A stretch of DNA of 64,000 nucleotides from Marsupella aquatica (lineage: Eukaryota; Plantae; Marchantiophyta), in assembly GCA_973895155.1 (NCBI GenBank), contig OZ316899.1:14139934-14203933 (forward strand), read 5' to 3'. Position 1 is the first letter of the stretch. Every line of letters begins with the position of its first letter. Made by a program: the position numbers and the translations under genes. Below are positions 1 to 13,384 of the stretch, piece by piece. The notes under the pieces were generated by a model, which saw only the letters and a program-made list of their open reading frames with translations, was not told the DNA's origin and searched no databases.

Positions 1-614
1 ACCTGTGCTGGCTGGGTGATAGGTGGTGGGGTTTGGCTAGGCTGCGGCTGAGGCTGAAGCTGAAGCTGAGGTTGAGGCTGAAGCTGAGGTTGCATGGGCA
101 CGGGTACGGGTACGGGTACGGGTACGGGCCCGGCTGAGTTGGTCATGTTGGTTGATGGCCGAGTTCCCATGAAGCTCTGCAGGTGCTGGTAGAAGTTCTC
201 CGAAGCGAGTGCGGACGCCCTTGTCGAACGGTTGGTACTGGACTCGCCATTAATGACAGCCCGAACCTGGGCAGGGATGTGGTCGAAGTGATGTCGCTGC
301 AGGTCGATTGTACCCGGGATATTGAAGACCTCGTCCGGAAGCCGAAGCAATGCTTCCCAGAACCCGATATATTTGTCTCCGTTGAAGAAGTACCCAGATA
401 CCTCAGCTGGTCGGTAAAGCTCGCTCTGAGATGGGTAGTCAAAGTTAAGGACGTAGTGGTGTCGTCCTGCTAGGTGGATGGCTCTCTCGTATTCGCGTTC
501 GATCTCGTATCGGCGCGGGTTGGCATGTTTCAATGAATCGGCCAAGTGCCTTCCGGTAGATAGGAACTGCGTCCAGAATCGAATGGCCGAGCTGGAGAGG
601 ATCGTGTGTGACAT
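1..614 (-). CDS. Partial ORF (>200 aa, runs off the window edge) inside an LTR-like terminus; Pro/Gln-rich; function unknown
   Basis: Manual translation from ATG at 614 (MSHTILSSSAIRFWTQFLSTGRHLADSLKH...GPVPVPVPVPVPMQPQLQPQPQ) has no stop before base 1. TATAAAAG lies on the minus strand about 100 bp upstream. Not in the ORF track. Confidence 0.55.
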   Translation of the reverse strand, partial: MSHTILSSSAIRFWTQFLSTGRHLADSLKHANPRRYEIEREYERAIHLAGRHHYVLNFDYPSQSELYRPAEVSGYFFNGDKYIGFWEALLRLPDEVFNIPGTIDLQRHHFDHIPAQVRAVINGESSTNRSTRASALASENFYQHLQSFMGTRPSTNMTNSAGPVPVPVPVPVPMQPQLQPQPQLQLQPQPQPSQTPPPITQPAQ

Positions 615-1080
615 TCAGAGGAGATAGTAGTGGCGACCTAGAGAGAACGAGAGAGCTGGGGTCGAAGCTGGAGCGCGGACTGATGGACTGGTGCACTACA
701 AAGGGTTGGCTCCCCTTTTATACTTTGAGGGCTTGTCGATCCCCGACGTCTCCTCGACGCCCATAGGTTGAACCGCTCACGCTTGTGGTGTACCGGCCAC
801 TCCGCCGGTCTAAGTCAGCGTGCGTCAGTGGCCGCTTCCTTAAGTTCGTTATACGGACCTGAGGGAGGGGCCCCTCCACGCTCGTAACCCGGGTGTGCGA
901 ATAGCGACCCGCCGCCAGCCCGAACCTGAAGTCCCCCTTATTGCCTAATGATGTCCTACCCCTAATGATTACCTAAATACTGTCGTTATGCTAATAATAG
1001 CGGCCTAAGACCCACCTAACGCGCGTGCCGAGCGCAGTTAGACTGAATCACTCATTAACCGCCGTACCGGCGGCGTCACA
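1..1080. mobile_element. End of an LTR retrotransposon or LTR (other end outside the window)
   Basis: GC-rich block ending ...CGGCGTCACA at 1080, the same 10-bp terminus as the TSD-flanked solo LTR ending at 20584. Confidence 0.5.
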
Positions 1081-1379
1081 CTTACTCACCGTCACTGATA
1101 TCCTCATCCTCTTGCGCGAGATCGATATTTGATCCTGGCGTCAAGGTAGTCATCCCTCCACAATGATGGTCGACTCCTTGCATGACAACGTCGATGGTCC
1201 CTCGACACGCCCCTCCTCAGTCCACAGCGTTCATCATCTGCATAGGGTGGTGAATCGATTGCCTCACGGCACCCCAACCCTAAAGTACCCCAAACATCCA
1301 AGCCAAAATACCCCGGTATCGACTCCTGGCTGCAGCAAATCTCAACACCAAAATACCCCAATCATCAAAGGACTTGAGG

Positions 1380-1515
1380 AGAGAAAATATGTCGAGAGGA
1401 CAGTAAAAAAAATTAGGGTGAGAAAAAAATGTCGTGGTGAGTTAAAGATGTCAAGGTAAGAAAAAGATGGCGAGAAGAGAAAAAGATGTGGAGGGTGGAG
1501 GCACAGATGGTGAGC
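1380..1515. repeat. Degenerate ~19-bp minisatellite (approx. GAGAAAAAGATGTCAAGGT)
   Basis: Repeated gagaaaa(a)gatg...ggt units; a related array lies at 13385-13630. Confidence 0.6.
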
Positions 1516-3587
1516 CAAGGTGTATCGGGCATGCAATTAGAAGGGTGGGGAGGAGCGGATTTACGGATTTTGTGGTGGATCAAACTGTTTGGAAAAAGGT
1601 AGTTGGATTTTGACAAATGGTCATCAATCATTCTTGCTCTTTTATTGTGAATATTGTTGTCATTGCGCATATCTTGTTCAAATTGCACATAACTTTATGT
1701 AATCAAATGATGCAATTCAAGTTAACACAAAGTACGGGACAAAAGACTTTGATGGGTATTTAGAGTAGGGGGCAAGAGTTGGGCAAGAGCTGTTCAGTGT
1801 CAAAGTTACGAAAGATGGAACAAATGTGGGTGGCAAAAGGCACAAACGGGAAAGACGGCTAGGGAAAGAATTGGTCCAAAAGCCAGAGCAAGTGACCAAT
1901 CGAGATGCCAAGGCACGTCAAAGCAAGCCAGTTCTTGGGGATAAGATTTGTTTTGTTTGGAGCTTGGTCTCATTGGCCTTCATTGAGAAAGTCTTGTTTA
2001 AATAGTTGGAAGTTTAATTGGAATAACAAAACTGGGATCTCTAATAAAGATAAAACAAATAAAAATGAAAATGAACCCAACAATTGTAAAAATGGTCTGT
2101 CTAATTTTGCAGTTTATTTCAATTTGGATATAGGGGTTGATGTTGTTGCAAAAATGATCAATGTTGTTTGGGAGGGCGAGGGCCCGGGAGGGCAGGATGG
2201 AGCACAAGAGAGACAATGGTCTGTGGGGATTTGCAAGTGCAAGGTGTGCTACGAGGTTTATGTGTTATGCGCGTCAAAAAAATGTATCTATGCAGAAATC
2301 TGTCATTGCACAAAATATGTGTATTGATATGTTGTAGACAAAGACAAACACTTGAGAGGGTGCATGGTGCGCAAATAGGTAGAGAGAATTAGGCACTTAG
2401 TGCTACAGCTTTGGCAAAACTTTGCCAAGATTGGCTTAGAATTTATTTATGGCAATAAGTAAATATTAACCTAGCCATTTTTTTATTAGATCAAAGCCAT
2501 TTTCTCATTTTATTCCCCTCCCTCCTCTCTTTCCCTCAAGGGCCCTCCTTCCCCTGCGTAGTACTACTAACCATTTCTCTCTTGGGAAGGCAGGTAATAT
2601 TTTAAAGTCTTTTGTACCTCCTTGCAAACTATACAGATCATCTGACATGTAAATACACTCTGGTACCTATATTTCCATAACACGGGAGGATGGTACCATT
2701 GTACAGAGGATAGCAACATCTAGGGTACGGCAAGAAAGTACAATGTCTCTGACAAACTGTGGAATATAGTTAGGACCTAAATACTACCGTAGGGGTATAT
2801 ATTCAATGCAGTCCAAACTGGAGAGCCAAGGGAGGCAGGGCAAGTACTTTTGGTTTGATCCAAGGGCGAGAATAAATTGTGATTATAATAATGGATGGTC
2901 AGAATTTACTCCTGCTCTTTCTGCTTTTCATAAGCAGACGATGAGGCAATGGTGTCGGGATTGCATACTATAGATGACATAGAATAGAATAACAGATTTG
3001 CCTCCACGACATCTCAAGCCCAGAGATGGGAGCCAAAACAGCACTGCCAACTGCACAAGGGTACACGTATAGACCTGTGCAGTTTATTAGGGTTTAGGTT
3101 GAATACCGAGTAGCAAGCGTTCGGGCGGTTGTTGGGACCCAGCACCGGTACGATTGAGACAACGAGATTATACGAGGGGAAGCGCCCTTCACAACTACTC
3201 CATACCGTTTTGTAGAAAGGACAACAGCCGATTCATCATGACATATCTCCATAATTAAGATACCAGGTTGTCGGACTACACTGCTATGGTAGCGCGGTTG
3301 GACAAGTACGGGAGGCTCAGGAGTGTGAGTAGGCCACGCGGGAACAACGGGTCAATAAATAATAATTATAATATTGAAGACCCATCAACCGCCGCCGCTT
3401 TGGAAGATTCCATTTGTAGTCCCGAACTGCTCGACGATCAAAAGTATAATGATGCTAGAGGCAGCAGGGACGAGGAATACCGGTGCATGAGCACGTCATT
3501 CGATCATTCAAACTTTGAATAGTTTTGAATAGTTTTTGATTGAAACACGGTCGTTCATAGCCACGTTTTTCCCAGTTAGACAGAAAC

Positions 3588-6086
3588 ATGTGGGAAGGGA
3601 AAAGATCCCGTCGGGGAGGTTGTGGAAGCACAAGCGCAATGGCCAAGGATAGCACGGCAACGTCGGAGCATACAATGCCCAACAGCACGGCGGAATCACG
3701 ATACATTGGGCAATACGAGGGAATGTTCCGTAAGGCAAGATGCCTGGGAATGGTTCGAGTGAGCGATGATCTAACCTTGGCCAAGGCTCGGTTCTATCAC
3801 AAGGGGATTCGCGCAGTGTACGGGGACAATGTGACAATGATGATCCAGTACCAGGAGAGGTTTATACAAGTGTCCAACGATGAGCTAGGCACTCTGTTTG
3901 GAATTGAAGGGACAGTGGGGGCACTTCCAACCACAGTAGCCGTGACCCACTACAGTTAGGAAGAAGCAATGAAGTTCTTGGGCTCCGACAGAGATTTCAT
4001 AGCAGGGATTTGGACGGGGAAGGTCCATTACTGGACAATGTCCAATAATGAAGAGGTGTTGAAGTATGTCGAGTTCTTTACAAAGTGGGTGATGCTTGAG
4101 AGTGTCTATGACCATAGCACCGTGGAGCAGATCACAATAGCGGCCAAGGTGCTGAAGGGAGAGCTACATCCGCTGCAAGTATGGAAGGCAAGAGTACTTG
4201 AGAAGACTAAGGTGACGGTCATTCTTGCATACCCTTGGCTGGTAGCGTATGGGCTCTCTTGGGTAACAAAGCAAATGATTTATATGCATTTTAGCCTGGC
4301 AAGGGGTCAGCAGCAAGTAGCCGCTGGAGATATGGCGCAAGCCAGCAGTGGTAGCCATGTCGAAGAGGCCCAAGCCCAGGATGAGTGCGCGGTGGGTGCC
4401 CCCGGAGAGAGCAATGTTGTCCAAGGAGATGGGTCCGACGGAGAAGAGACCAAAGAGGTTCATGGAGGGAAAATGGGAAGAATTCCCTGACAGAATAAAG
4501 CCGCAGGATGCATATTGCTGACGGCGAGAACATCCCGGTTAGGGGAAGAAGCGACGGTAGCAAGTGAAAGATTGAGTGTTTTAGAGAAGCAAATGGAAGA
4601 GATTTGAATGGAGAAGGAAGCGCTCCAACAACAGCTGGATAAGAAGCAGCAACAGAAGCTTAGGAGGGAAGAGGAGGAAGAGATGGATAGAAAGCAAGAG
4701 GGAGTCGTGTTGCGCATTCTGGAGGAACAGTTGCAGGAAAAAACGGATCACTCCTCCCGAAGCCGGGAGTCGGGCGAGGAGTTCAAGTTAGATTTTGTAA
4801 AGAACGGGGAAGACGGAATGGTGAAAAGTATAACAGACACTGAGGTGGCCAGGGACGTGAATAATTTACGAACCCAAGTAGAGAAGGCGGTTCAGACGAT
4901 GGAGCACCTAGCAAACGAGAACCAACAACTCCGAGCAGTAGGTGATGCCAATCTAGAACAACGGCTACATGAGATACGTAACTTTTCCATTCCGGCTATA
5001 ATGAGAAAATGGGCCGCGAGGGAAGTAAGAGTTAGCAAAGGCGCATACACCTTACCACGTCTAGCCACATTTTTATATTTAGCCGAGTGGAGGGAGCCTT
5101 TTTGGCCTTTACGTTCGGAATCAGTTTGCGTGTCACATGAATGGATGAGTTTTGTAGGTCTTACCGTCCTGCCTCAGGTGGCTCATGAGGCAATGTCCCA
5201 TTTTTACAGTATGAAGAAGGAGCCTCTTGTTTTAGCTAGTGAGCTGGACAACCTACAACGGTTAGACGAGTTCCCATTTCCCGCGGCGGACTTGGAGCAC
5301 CGTGCTCTGTCACAGACGAGTTGGTGGGAAGATCTGATGCCCATGGAAGATGTGATGAGGTGGATGGAAAGATCTGTTCAGTCTAGAGAATTAGGAGCGT
5401 ATTTCGGCCCATACATGGGGTGGGCACCAAGAGAACCGCCAGCAGGGTTTTTAAGAGAGGAAGCAGGACCAGGTCGCCGCGGAGTATGGGGGGTGTACAT
5501 CAAGGGGACCACACGATAGATCTACTACTCGATCTGGCATCATCACCCTGCCGTAAGAATTAGTATGTCGGGAGCAAAAACGGTAGGCGATGAAGCGCAT
5601 CACGTACCAATGATGAAGTGGGTGAGCGATATTCACAAAAGGAAGATCAATCAACGAGTGCTACTCGATCCCCGGATCTTTAAATGGTATTGCCTAGCGC
5701 AGAGTCTGAAACAATTGTTGATAGGAAACAGTAGAGCTGCAGAGGTCAAGATTGGGCGAGATGGAACTATGGGATGTGGCGGCCAAGTTATTTGGGCCAT
5801 ATTTGCCCAAGCAGGGCCGTCGCTTGTTAGGATGTATAATCTATGTATTGCTTCCCAGTTCTTCAGAGGGGAAGATCTGATACTCAGAATAGGAGCCATT
5901 GATGGAGTGAGCATATTATATATTATAGTCCAAGATCCGGAAGCCGAAGATCCTCAAGGAGATTTTGAAAGTACATTTGCCAAACACGAGTTGGAGGTCA
6001 TGTATCTTTCTGATGTCATTGCAGGAGAGACTCCGAGAATGAGAGAAATTTGGAGGCATCAACATAGAAATTGGCTCCACCAATAG
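3588..6086 (+). pseudogene. Decayed ~830-codon ORF of an unknown TE-associated family (N-terminal globular domain, coiled coil, C-terminal domain)
   Basis: Track ORFs 3588, 3969, 4608 and 5565 share one frame, separated only by point stops (3957, 4488, 4605, 5517). Clearly homologous to 48718-50628 (-), e.g. KYVEFFTKWVM vs KYIEFFTEWVM. Confidence 0.8.
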
Positions 6087-9083
6087 AGAAGAATGGAGCT
6101 GGCCTACATGAGACAGGCGGCCTCTGAATATATCGAGTGATTGGGCCGACAAAGATTTTTGTCTTGCATGTGTACTAGGGTATGACGAGGAGTGAGTAAA
6201 CTCGATAGAAACTTCAGGGCTTGATGCAGCACAACCCTTGGAATTTGTGTAATTGTGTGTCAGAATGTCTACATACAATCATGTCATGTCATGTCATGTC
6301 GCGCAATGCTTATGCACATCCCCAAATATATGCTTTCCCCCGTATGTTTGACCCGCGCAGTCTTGGATTAAGGCCTCAACAACAGCATGGGACGAACACC
6401 ACGAGTTGATGTTTACTATTTCATTCAATGAGTGCGATAGTAGCATGAAAAGAAGCACGCACGCACTGTAGGATTAGCAGTGAGTGGCGACCGTAATGAG
6501 AGAGCAATAATGAAGAAGCAGTGGCCATTTTTCCCCGAAAGCTCCCCCAAACCAAGCTACGCAGCAAGGAATCATTGTTATTGTTTACTGAAACTTGATT
6601 CCCTCATATTATAAGGATGCCAACCAATCCCCATCAACCTAAACAACAATCGTGTCATTCATGTCCAACCAACATTGGATTCGTGCTTTTTAGCACGAAA
6701 TTAGGATGTTGGTTGGAAAGCAGTTCACGCATGGCAGGCCTTTCCTCCCTGCTGGTAATCACACATCAAAATGTGGCTGCACTCATTGATTGAAAGGAAA
6801 AAACTAGGATTATCACGGTATGCAGGGGTGTCGTACATGTCATATTTTGATGTGCAGTTACCAAGACTTGCCTTTCCTGCTTCACCCGGGAGTTGGCAAC
6901 AATTTGAGGGGATGTCCTGAGATTTGAAAATGCTCCGGAAATCATTCATTTCACACGCATCCGGGCACATAAATGAACACCATTTGGACAAGCTTTCTAC
7001 ATTTTAAAAACAACATGCGGGAACCCGATTGCATGCATTAATTCCTTCGTGTCTTCCAGAGACTCGGACTTTAATTTATGGGCAATTTTGCCCAACAAAC
7101 ATCCGCAGCCACCCGTGATGTAGAGCGTTAGAGGCTAATCAATTTGTCCCCTCCCTCGCGGGGCCAGACCCGACACCTGCTGCCTCTACAAAACTACACC
7201 AAAGATCCGCAGGCTTTGCAAGCCCCTCCCACTATGTAACATCTCACTGAAGGCCATCCCCTTCACAGGCTACTTCCCGGCCAAATCTTGCATAGCAGGG
7301 GCGTACATGGAGATGTCAGGTTATTTAAGAAGAACATTTTCATACAACAGATGATCAAAACTTGAGATATATGGAAATCTCGAGAAGTTGGACGCAACGG
7401 AGAGAAACCAGATTCAGAGAAAGTATGAGTAGAAGATGGGCCCGATATTTTGGAGTAACCAATTGACGCTACTCAAAGCTCAACAGTCAGCAACACTCTT
7501 AACCAAGCTCCTGAGGAAAAGATTACTTTGAGGCAGTTGATTCCGGCTGTACACTCGCCCACAAAAATGTCGAGCGTTGAAATTCCACTGGGCACGGACT
7601 ACCTCACGAAGAGACAAAGAGGTTGTCGACTCGCAATAGGTTAAGGAGCATTGGATGCAAAGTACATGTAGAGCAGCCCACAAGGTTGCCAATTATGCAC
7701 TTCCCGAAGATGCGCTCGCCAAATTTACCTTGCGCATCGGTGGTGTCGTGAAATAACCTGCAATACATCTTCAACTGTGAATGATCCAGTGCATTGAATT
7801 GACACATGGTTGCTCATTACATATCGGTTGCATGTTATTCTACAAAGTCATGCAACCTGCAATACAGGAAAATTACAGACGAAAGCAACTCCTGCCCATA
7901 GCTGATCCCGGGCGCTGAAAAAATAAAAACATGTGCTGGCCGCAAGCATGCTTTTTGATCAGCTCCTGTGTGACTTCACCGTCTTCACTTATTATAAACA
8001 TACGAAGAGGTTTTCATGCAATCAAATACGCCAATGTGTGGGATGGATAGGTTACGGAACCAACATCATTGCGCATAAGTGGTGGACCTCGCCACCCAGC
8101 GCCCTCACCAATCCCAGCACTTGCGCCTAAGTGCCCTTGGTGCCCGAACGCCTCCATGGAATACCTCGAGCAAGCATCCAAGTGCCTCTAGCACCTCCTA
8201 CGGCCACTCCCATATGAAGTCACACTTGCTCACCTACATGACCGCTACTCAACGGTCCTCACTGTCTGCACAAACAGCCAAGCATCTCGATAAGTAATCC
8301 CTCCAGATCTAGAACTCGCCCAGTCTAGCATCCTAACTCAAGCTCAACAAACGTTGGTAAATAGGTCAGCGATAGGTCCTCCCGATGCCATAAGCCGGAA
8401 CCAAAACCCACGCCCACTGTCCATCCAGGACAGCTCCTTCCTTGGGCGCGGCCCGGGTTCCCCCTCGTACTTATCCATCACCAACTGACCGCCCTGACCT
8501 CAGGACATGCTCATGGCCCAAATAGCGTAGCTTGTCCTAAAGCTTGTCCCAAGCTTGTCTCAACACGCCGGGACCAGAACGGCCCCGACTCTAACAACCG
8601 CTCCCGGTTTGCCCCACTGATGGTCTAGGGACCGAGTGCCCTTGGGACGCAGCATCCATACTACTTGGCCTTGCCTCCCCAACGCAAGCTCCCTAGGGAG
8701 GCTGAACGCGGCTTGGCTGCTATTCGACAGGATTTGGCAAACGGGTGAGCTAACACCCACAAACCACGAGAACCCATGGCACCCCCAGACCCATCTGAGC
8801 TCAGGAGGGTGAGCCCTCCTCAAGAGCTTTCCAACGCACCCAAGAAGTCCTCCAATGGATTTCCCGTTGGGAAGATATCGCCATTTCCGTTTGGCGGTTT
8901 CCCTTAGTGTCACGACTTCGGCACGGACCCCCGATCGGCCCAACCTGGATCGGGCCACAACTTGTGCCCCAAGCGTCCATTGCCAATGGCGTCAACTCCA
9001 TTGGCCTTGGGCCCAAGCGGAGCTCACTCCCAAGCCCTCAGAACTCAAAGCCCATCCGACGGTCCGGACGGCCATCCTTGAGC

Positions 9084-9560
9084 CCGGCCCATTTGCCCTT
9101 GACCCGACCAGCCATAGGCTAGTCCAAGTCCTTTGTGTGTGTCCCCAGCTTGGCCCCTCGCCTCGCTAGTGCCATGTCTCATTGCCCACAAGTCTCCCCG
9201 TGCTAAGTCCTCCCCGGATGGCCTATCCAGGCCTGGACCATAAGGGAGCTCGGCGTTGGAGTCAGCGACGTCGGAGTCAGCAACGTCGGAGTCAGCAACG
9301 CTGGAGCTAAGTGTTAAGGTAGTCGAGTTCCGCAACTCCGGCCCATTTCCCCTTGACCCAACCAGCCATAGGCTAGTCCAAGTCCTTAGTTTGTGTCCCC
9401 AACTTGGCCCCTTGCCTCGCCAGTGCCAGTCTCATTGCCCACAAGTTTCCCCATGCTAAGTCCTCCCCGGATGGCCTATCCGGGCCTGGACCATAAGGGA
9501 GCTAGGTGTCGAAGTCAGCGACGCCGGAGCTAAGTGTTAAGGTAGTCGAGTTCCGCGACT
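9084..9560. repeat. Tandem duplication (254 + 223 bp) at the end of a GC-rich block
   Basis: Units 9084-9337 and 9338-9560 are near-identical and differ mainly in the copy number of a 15-bp GGAGTCAGCAACGTC-like motif (3 vs 1). Confidence 0.9.
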
Positions 9561-11125
9561 TCATACATGTTTCATGAAGCTGGCGCTCACAATTCATGGA
9601 AGGGCCACACAAAATTGTTTTGAATGACAAAGTCCATAGTTGCACAGCACAGGAATCCATACCATTCAGAGAAAATGGGTTGAAGACTTCATTTAATGCC
9701 GCGTCCTCCAGTATCATTGCACAGCAAAAGCACAAATTCTTACCAAATGTCAAAACTTGGACTGTACCATTCCATTCAAAACTGGAACCATCCTAAACTC
9801 CATCCTGACAGAAGCCTTGTTTAGGGTAGTCCCACTATCTCTGCACCCCAGACTTGAAGACGTCAAATATTTCCGACACCTCGACAAAAGCGTGATTACA
9901 AACTGATATCTGACATTGCCGCCTAAATCCTGCTCATCGCAGCAGCGAGGGAAGACCTCCACTATATTGAGTTGGACTTCTCTGTGTCCACAAAACAGAG
10001 CAATGCCTTTGCCCTAAGAGCTTATCCCAATCCCTCCTTCATTCTGCATAGATCACAGGCCAGAAACCCTCCCGAGTTGTGACCCTGCTACAAGCAGAGT
10101 TTGCAGATGCAGATGTGATAACCGAGTCGCCTGAGTTGCAGCTAATTGCCAACTTCAATCAGACTCGATCGGTCTTGTTTGAAGACTTTTGTTGAGGTTG
10201 GAACTTTTGTAGACTTTCCAAGGAACGAAAGCAAACAAACCAAAGTAGTGCCGTTTGCAAACTTGTGGCAACCGTCACATTCCCAGCCAATGGAGAGTGC
10301 GAGTAATAATCTTAGTACAGTCAATCATGTCACTGACATATCCAATACACAGAACTGAACCAAGCAAGAACATGCTAGGTAATTGCTTGCATCGTTTAAT
10401 AGGAAATTAATTGCTTTGCATCATTTGATAGGGAAATTAAATTCGCACCAAAGTTTACAAATATCAGTCAACACAACACATCAAGTGCCAAAATTTACAA
10501 ACATCTTTACAAAATTGGGAGTAACATCCTCCTTACACTCTACCAAAAATGCTACATGTGTCCCATGACAAAGTGCTCTTGTCACTACAGCTGCGAAGGA
10601 ATACCGTATGCCCAAAAATAACTCATCAGTCACAAAATCTTGTGTGATGTACGAGCCACCACACTCAATGGGGGTCGCGGGTTCCGCATGACTGATTCTC
10701 ACTAATGACAATTGATCACGTGCAGTGTGAAGCATTTATAGGAGTAGCTTTTCCGAAGGCAAGGCAAGGAATACTTTGAACCCAGGTGCAATGTCCACAG
10801 GAAGCAATCAATGCCCACCTCAGGTGTGTCATCTCAATGCCTTCAACGCGAGGGCATGTTGCACGACACTCGCAAGCAGTGCATTACCTGTCATCACAAT
10901 GCTGTTGGTAGAAGCAGATGTTGTACTTGCTACATGAGGTGTCTATCATGCCTCCCCTACAAGTAGCTGAGAATGGACGGTAGGGCAGACAGACCTAACA
11001 TCAACAGTACCTCAGACAGACAGATAGCAGTGGGGGCCGGGGAGAAAGTGGAGTGGAGGCGTCGAACTGGATGACCGTTGAGGCCGGCCTTGTTATAGCC
11101 TAAACACCCCCTCTTGACTAAGTGA

Positions 11126-11727
11126 GTGAAGCAAATGGTCTACTTTGATTCAGCTTTCAAGGCAAACACAACATCAAATTTGTCCGAAGGTTTGAAGTGG
11201 GAGATGTCAATTCGAGAAGCGTTGTTGATGCTGGCAAGTGGATTCGTGAAAGTGTTGGTGCAATTGCTCCGTGCACTGTTTGTTGGTTGCAGTAAGTTTG
11301 CGCAATGGATCCGGGAGCAAGGTGCCGAGCTGAAGGAGAATAGACCAAAAAAGGTAGAGATCCGGGGAGAGGAGGTTGCTGCTGAGGTGGGGTCACCACA
11401 ATTGTTGCATCCGGTGATGTCATCGATGAGCGATGTACTGCAACTGTCATCGAAGAGCGATGTAGTGCAGCGGCCAAGTGCCCTTCAAGCAAACATGGAA
11501 GCGCTGATGAAGCAATGGCGATTTGGCAAAGCAATGGAGGAGCCTGGAATGTCCCATCGTCAATTTTATGCAGTTGCAGTGGGAAGAGGCCAGGAATTTA
11601 CATGACTTTGACAGAGGCAAACAATGAAGTGAGCGGATATCCAGGGAATTGCCATCAGAGTTTTTGGACGTTGGCAGAGGCAGAGTTCTTCCTGATGAGG
11701 AAAGGTGTAATGCTTAAGGAGGACTGA
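11126..11727 (+). pseudogene. Protein with a C-terminal RNase H1 N-terminal / caulimovirus viroplasmin (hybrid-binding) domain, frameshifted
   Basis: QFYAVAVGR joins RPGIYMTLTEANNEVSGYPGNCHQSFWTLAEAEFFL across a frameshift near 11585, matching the pattern FYAVxxGRxPGIYxxWxExxxQVxGxxxxxxKSFxTxxEAExF. Confidence 0.8.
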
Positions 11728-11934
11728 ACTAGGTTTTAGTAGCTATGGAGTTTTTTAAGCCCCATGCATGATCGGTGTTTTTCAAATTATCATCTAGAGG
11801 CTCAGTAAGGATATCGGCAGGGTTTTTTGTTTGTATTGATGTGTAGGGCAATGATGTTTCCCCCTCTTACTCCCTAATAAAGTGGTGTTTGGTTACCGTC
11901 GAAGTGGTGATTGGCCAATTTGATTGAACCCTGG

Positions 11935-13380
11935 TTAGACAATGAAGATGAATGTCGGGCAGTTGTTGGGGTGCACGCGTGTTGCTAAATCCGAGTGAAT
12001 AGGTGACTGAGTGGCTGTAGAACCAATCTCAGCAAGAAGTTGCCAGATGTGAACTGCTTCTTTGGCAAATTTGACGGATGTGAAGTGCTTCTTTGGCGGT
12101 CTCCGAGAGTGCTTTGTACTCAGGTTCAGTAGTACTATCGGAAACAGTTGATTGTAATTTACTAGACCAGTATAGAATATAGGGCCATTCGCCAGTCGGA
12201 GGAGATTGGCACCCCAAAAGCGTTGAGTTTCAGTGCACCCAAGGAAGCCTGCATCGGTAAGTCCTTGAAGGGAGGTTGTTGAAAGAGCAAAGAAATGAGA
12301 TGCCATGGTCGGAAGTTTGCATGTAGATACCGTAGAATATGTTGAACCGAATCCCAGTGAGTTTCTGAGGAGAGCTCATGTACCGTACCCAATGATGGGT
12401 ACTGCGTAAGACATGTCTGGTCTAGTGTGAGTGAGGAAGATATATATAAGCTTGCCAACTGCGTGACAATGATTATGTAGTCGTATCAAAAGGAGCAGTG
12501 CGTGTTTCTGTAGTCAAGGCATGTCATTCTTGTAGTGGATTTTTCAAGTGAGTCTCTGGATCACTACCAGCAATCAATCAGAAGGTCATCAACATATAAC
12601 ATAAGAATGATAAGGTCACCATTTGAGTGAAAGAAATATAGGTGCATATAGATCTCGTCAGTTAGTGTCCCATTGAGGGCGGCGGTTACGACATCCATGT
12701 GATGTAAATCCCATCCATTTGATACAGTAAGGGCGATGACTGCACGTAAGGTTGGCCACATAAAGCATGGGCGAAAGTCTCATTATAGTCGATGCCAATT
12801 TTTTGTTGAAATCCGCGTGCAATGAGGCGAGCTTCCACACGGGAGTCAGGCTTAGCCTGAAATATCCATTTTGCAGTGAGAGCTCCTCGTCTTGCGGGAA
12901 GGTACACAAGTTCCCAAGTTCCCATGTATAGTAGTACAAAATGATTTCATTTCAGCCTGCATGGCTTCTTTCCATCCTGGGTCCTTGAAGGCCATCTCGA
13001 CTAAGAGATTTGTGTAATCAGGGTTTACTAGGAGTTTCGATTAGATTGGTACTCATCTCATAATTGTGCGGTGCCATGATGGAGCCCGACTAGGTCGAAG
13101 CGAATGCATGGGAGCTTGGGCTGGTTCTACATGAAGGCGATTGTAATCAGGAATTTATTCGATTGAAGGGCCTGTCTCGATGATTGTCCTGCCTTGTCCG
13201 TCTCTGCGTTGTCCCGCTCTGCGTCGTGAGCAGGACCACCCCCCTCTAGCGCGGCGTTTAGGGTGAGAGATTTGTTGCAGAGGTAGTCGTCTATGAGAAG
13301 GGATGAAAACAGGTCGATGGCAGCTGAGTGGTCGGTTTTTGGAGTGTCGATGGTGCTCTCATCAAATGTGACGCCATTCA
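11935..13380 (-). mobile_element. Ty1/copia pol remnant (RT and RNase H), with deletions and frameshifts
   Basis: Motifs GVTFDE, TWELVYLP, ARLIARGFQQKIGIDYNETFA, LHHMDVVTAALNG, LMLYVDDLLI, SKLQSTVSDSTTEPEYKAL. Confidence 0.92.
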
Positions 13381-13384
13381 TTCG

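Noticed and set aside
694-700. CACTAC as a third CACTA terminus
   Set aside because: No partner TIR, TSD or subterminal repeats.
1905-2392. Cys-rich ORFs as zinc-finger genes
   Set aside because: Low-complexity TG-rich sequence with no recognisable ligand spacing.
9256-9305. CRISPR-like array (also the minisatellites at 1380 and 13385)
   Set aside because: Tandem units without unique spacers, eukaryotic context, no cas genes.
6700-11000. Short ORFs as exons of a host gene
   Set aside because: No recognisable domain or consistent exon chain by eye; a decayed gene cannot be excluded.
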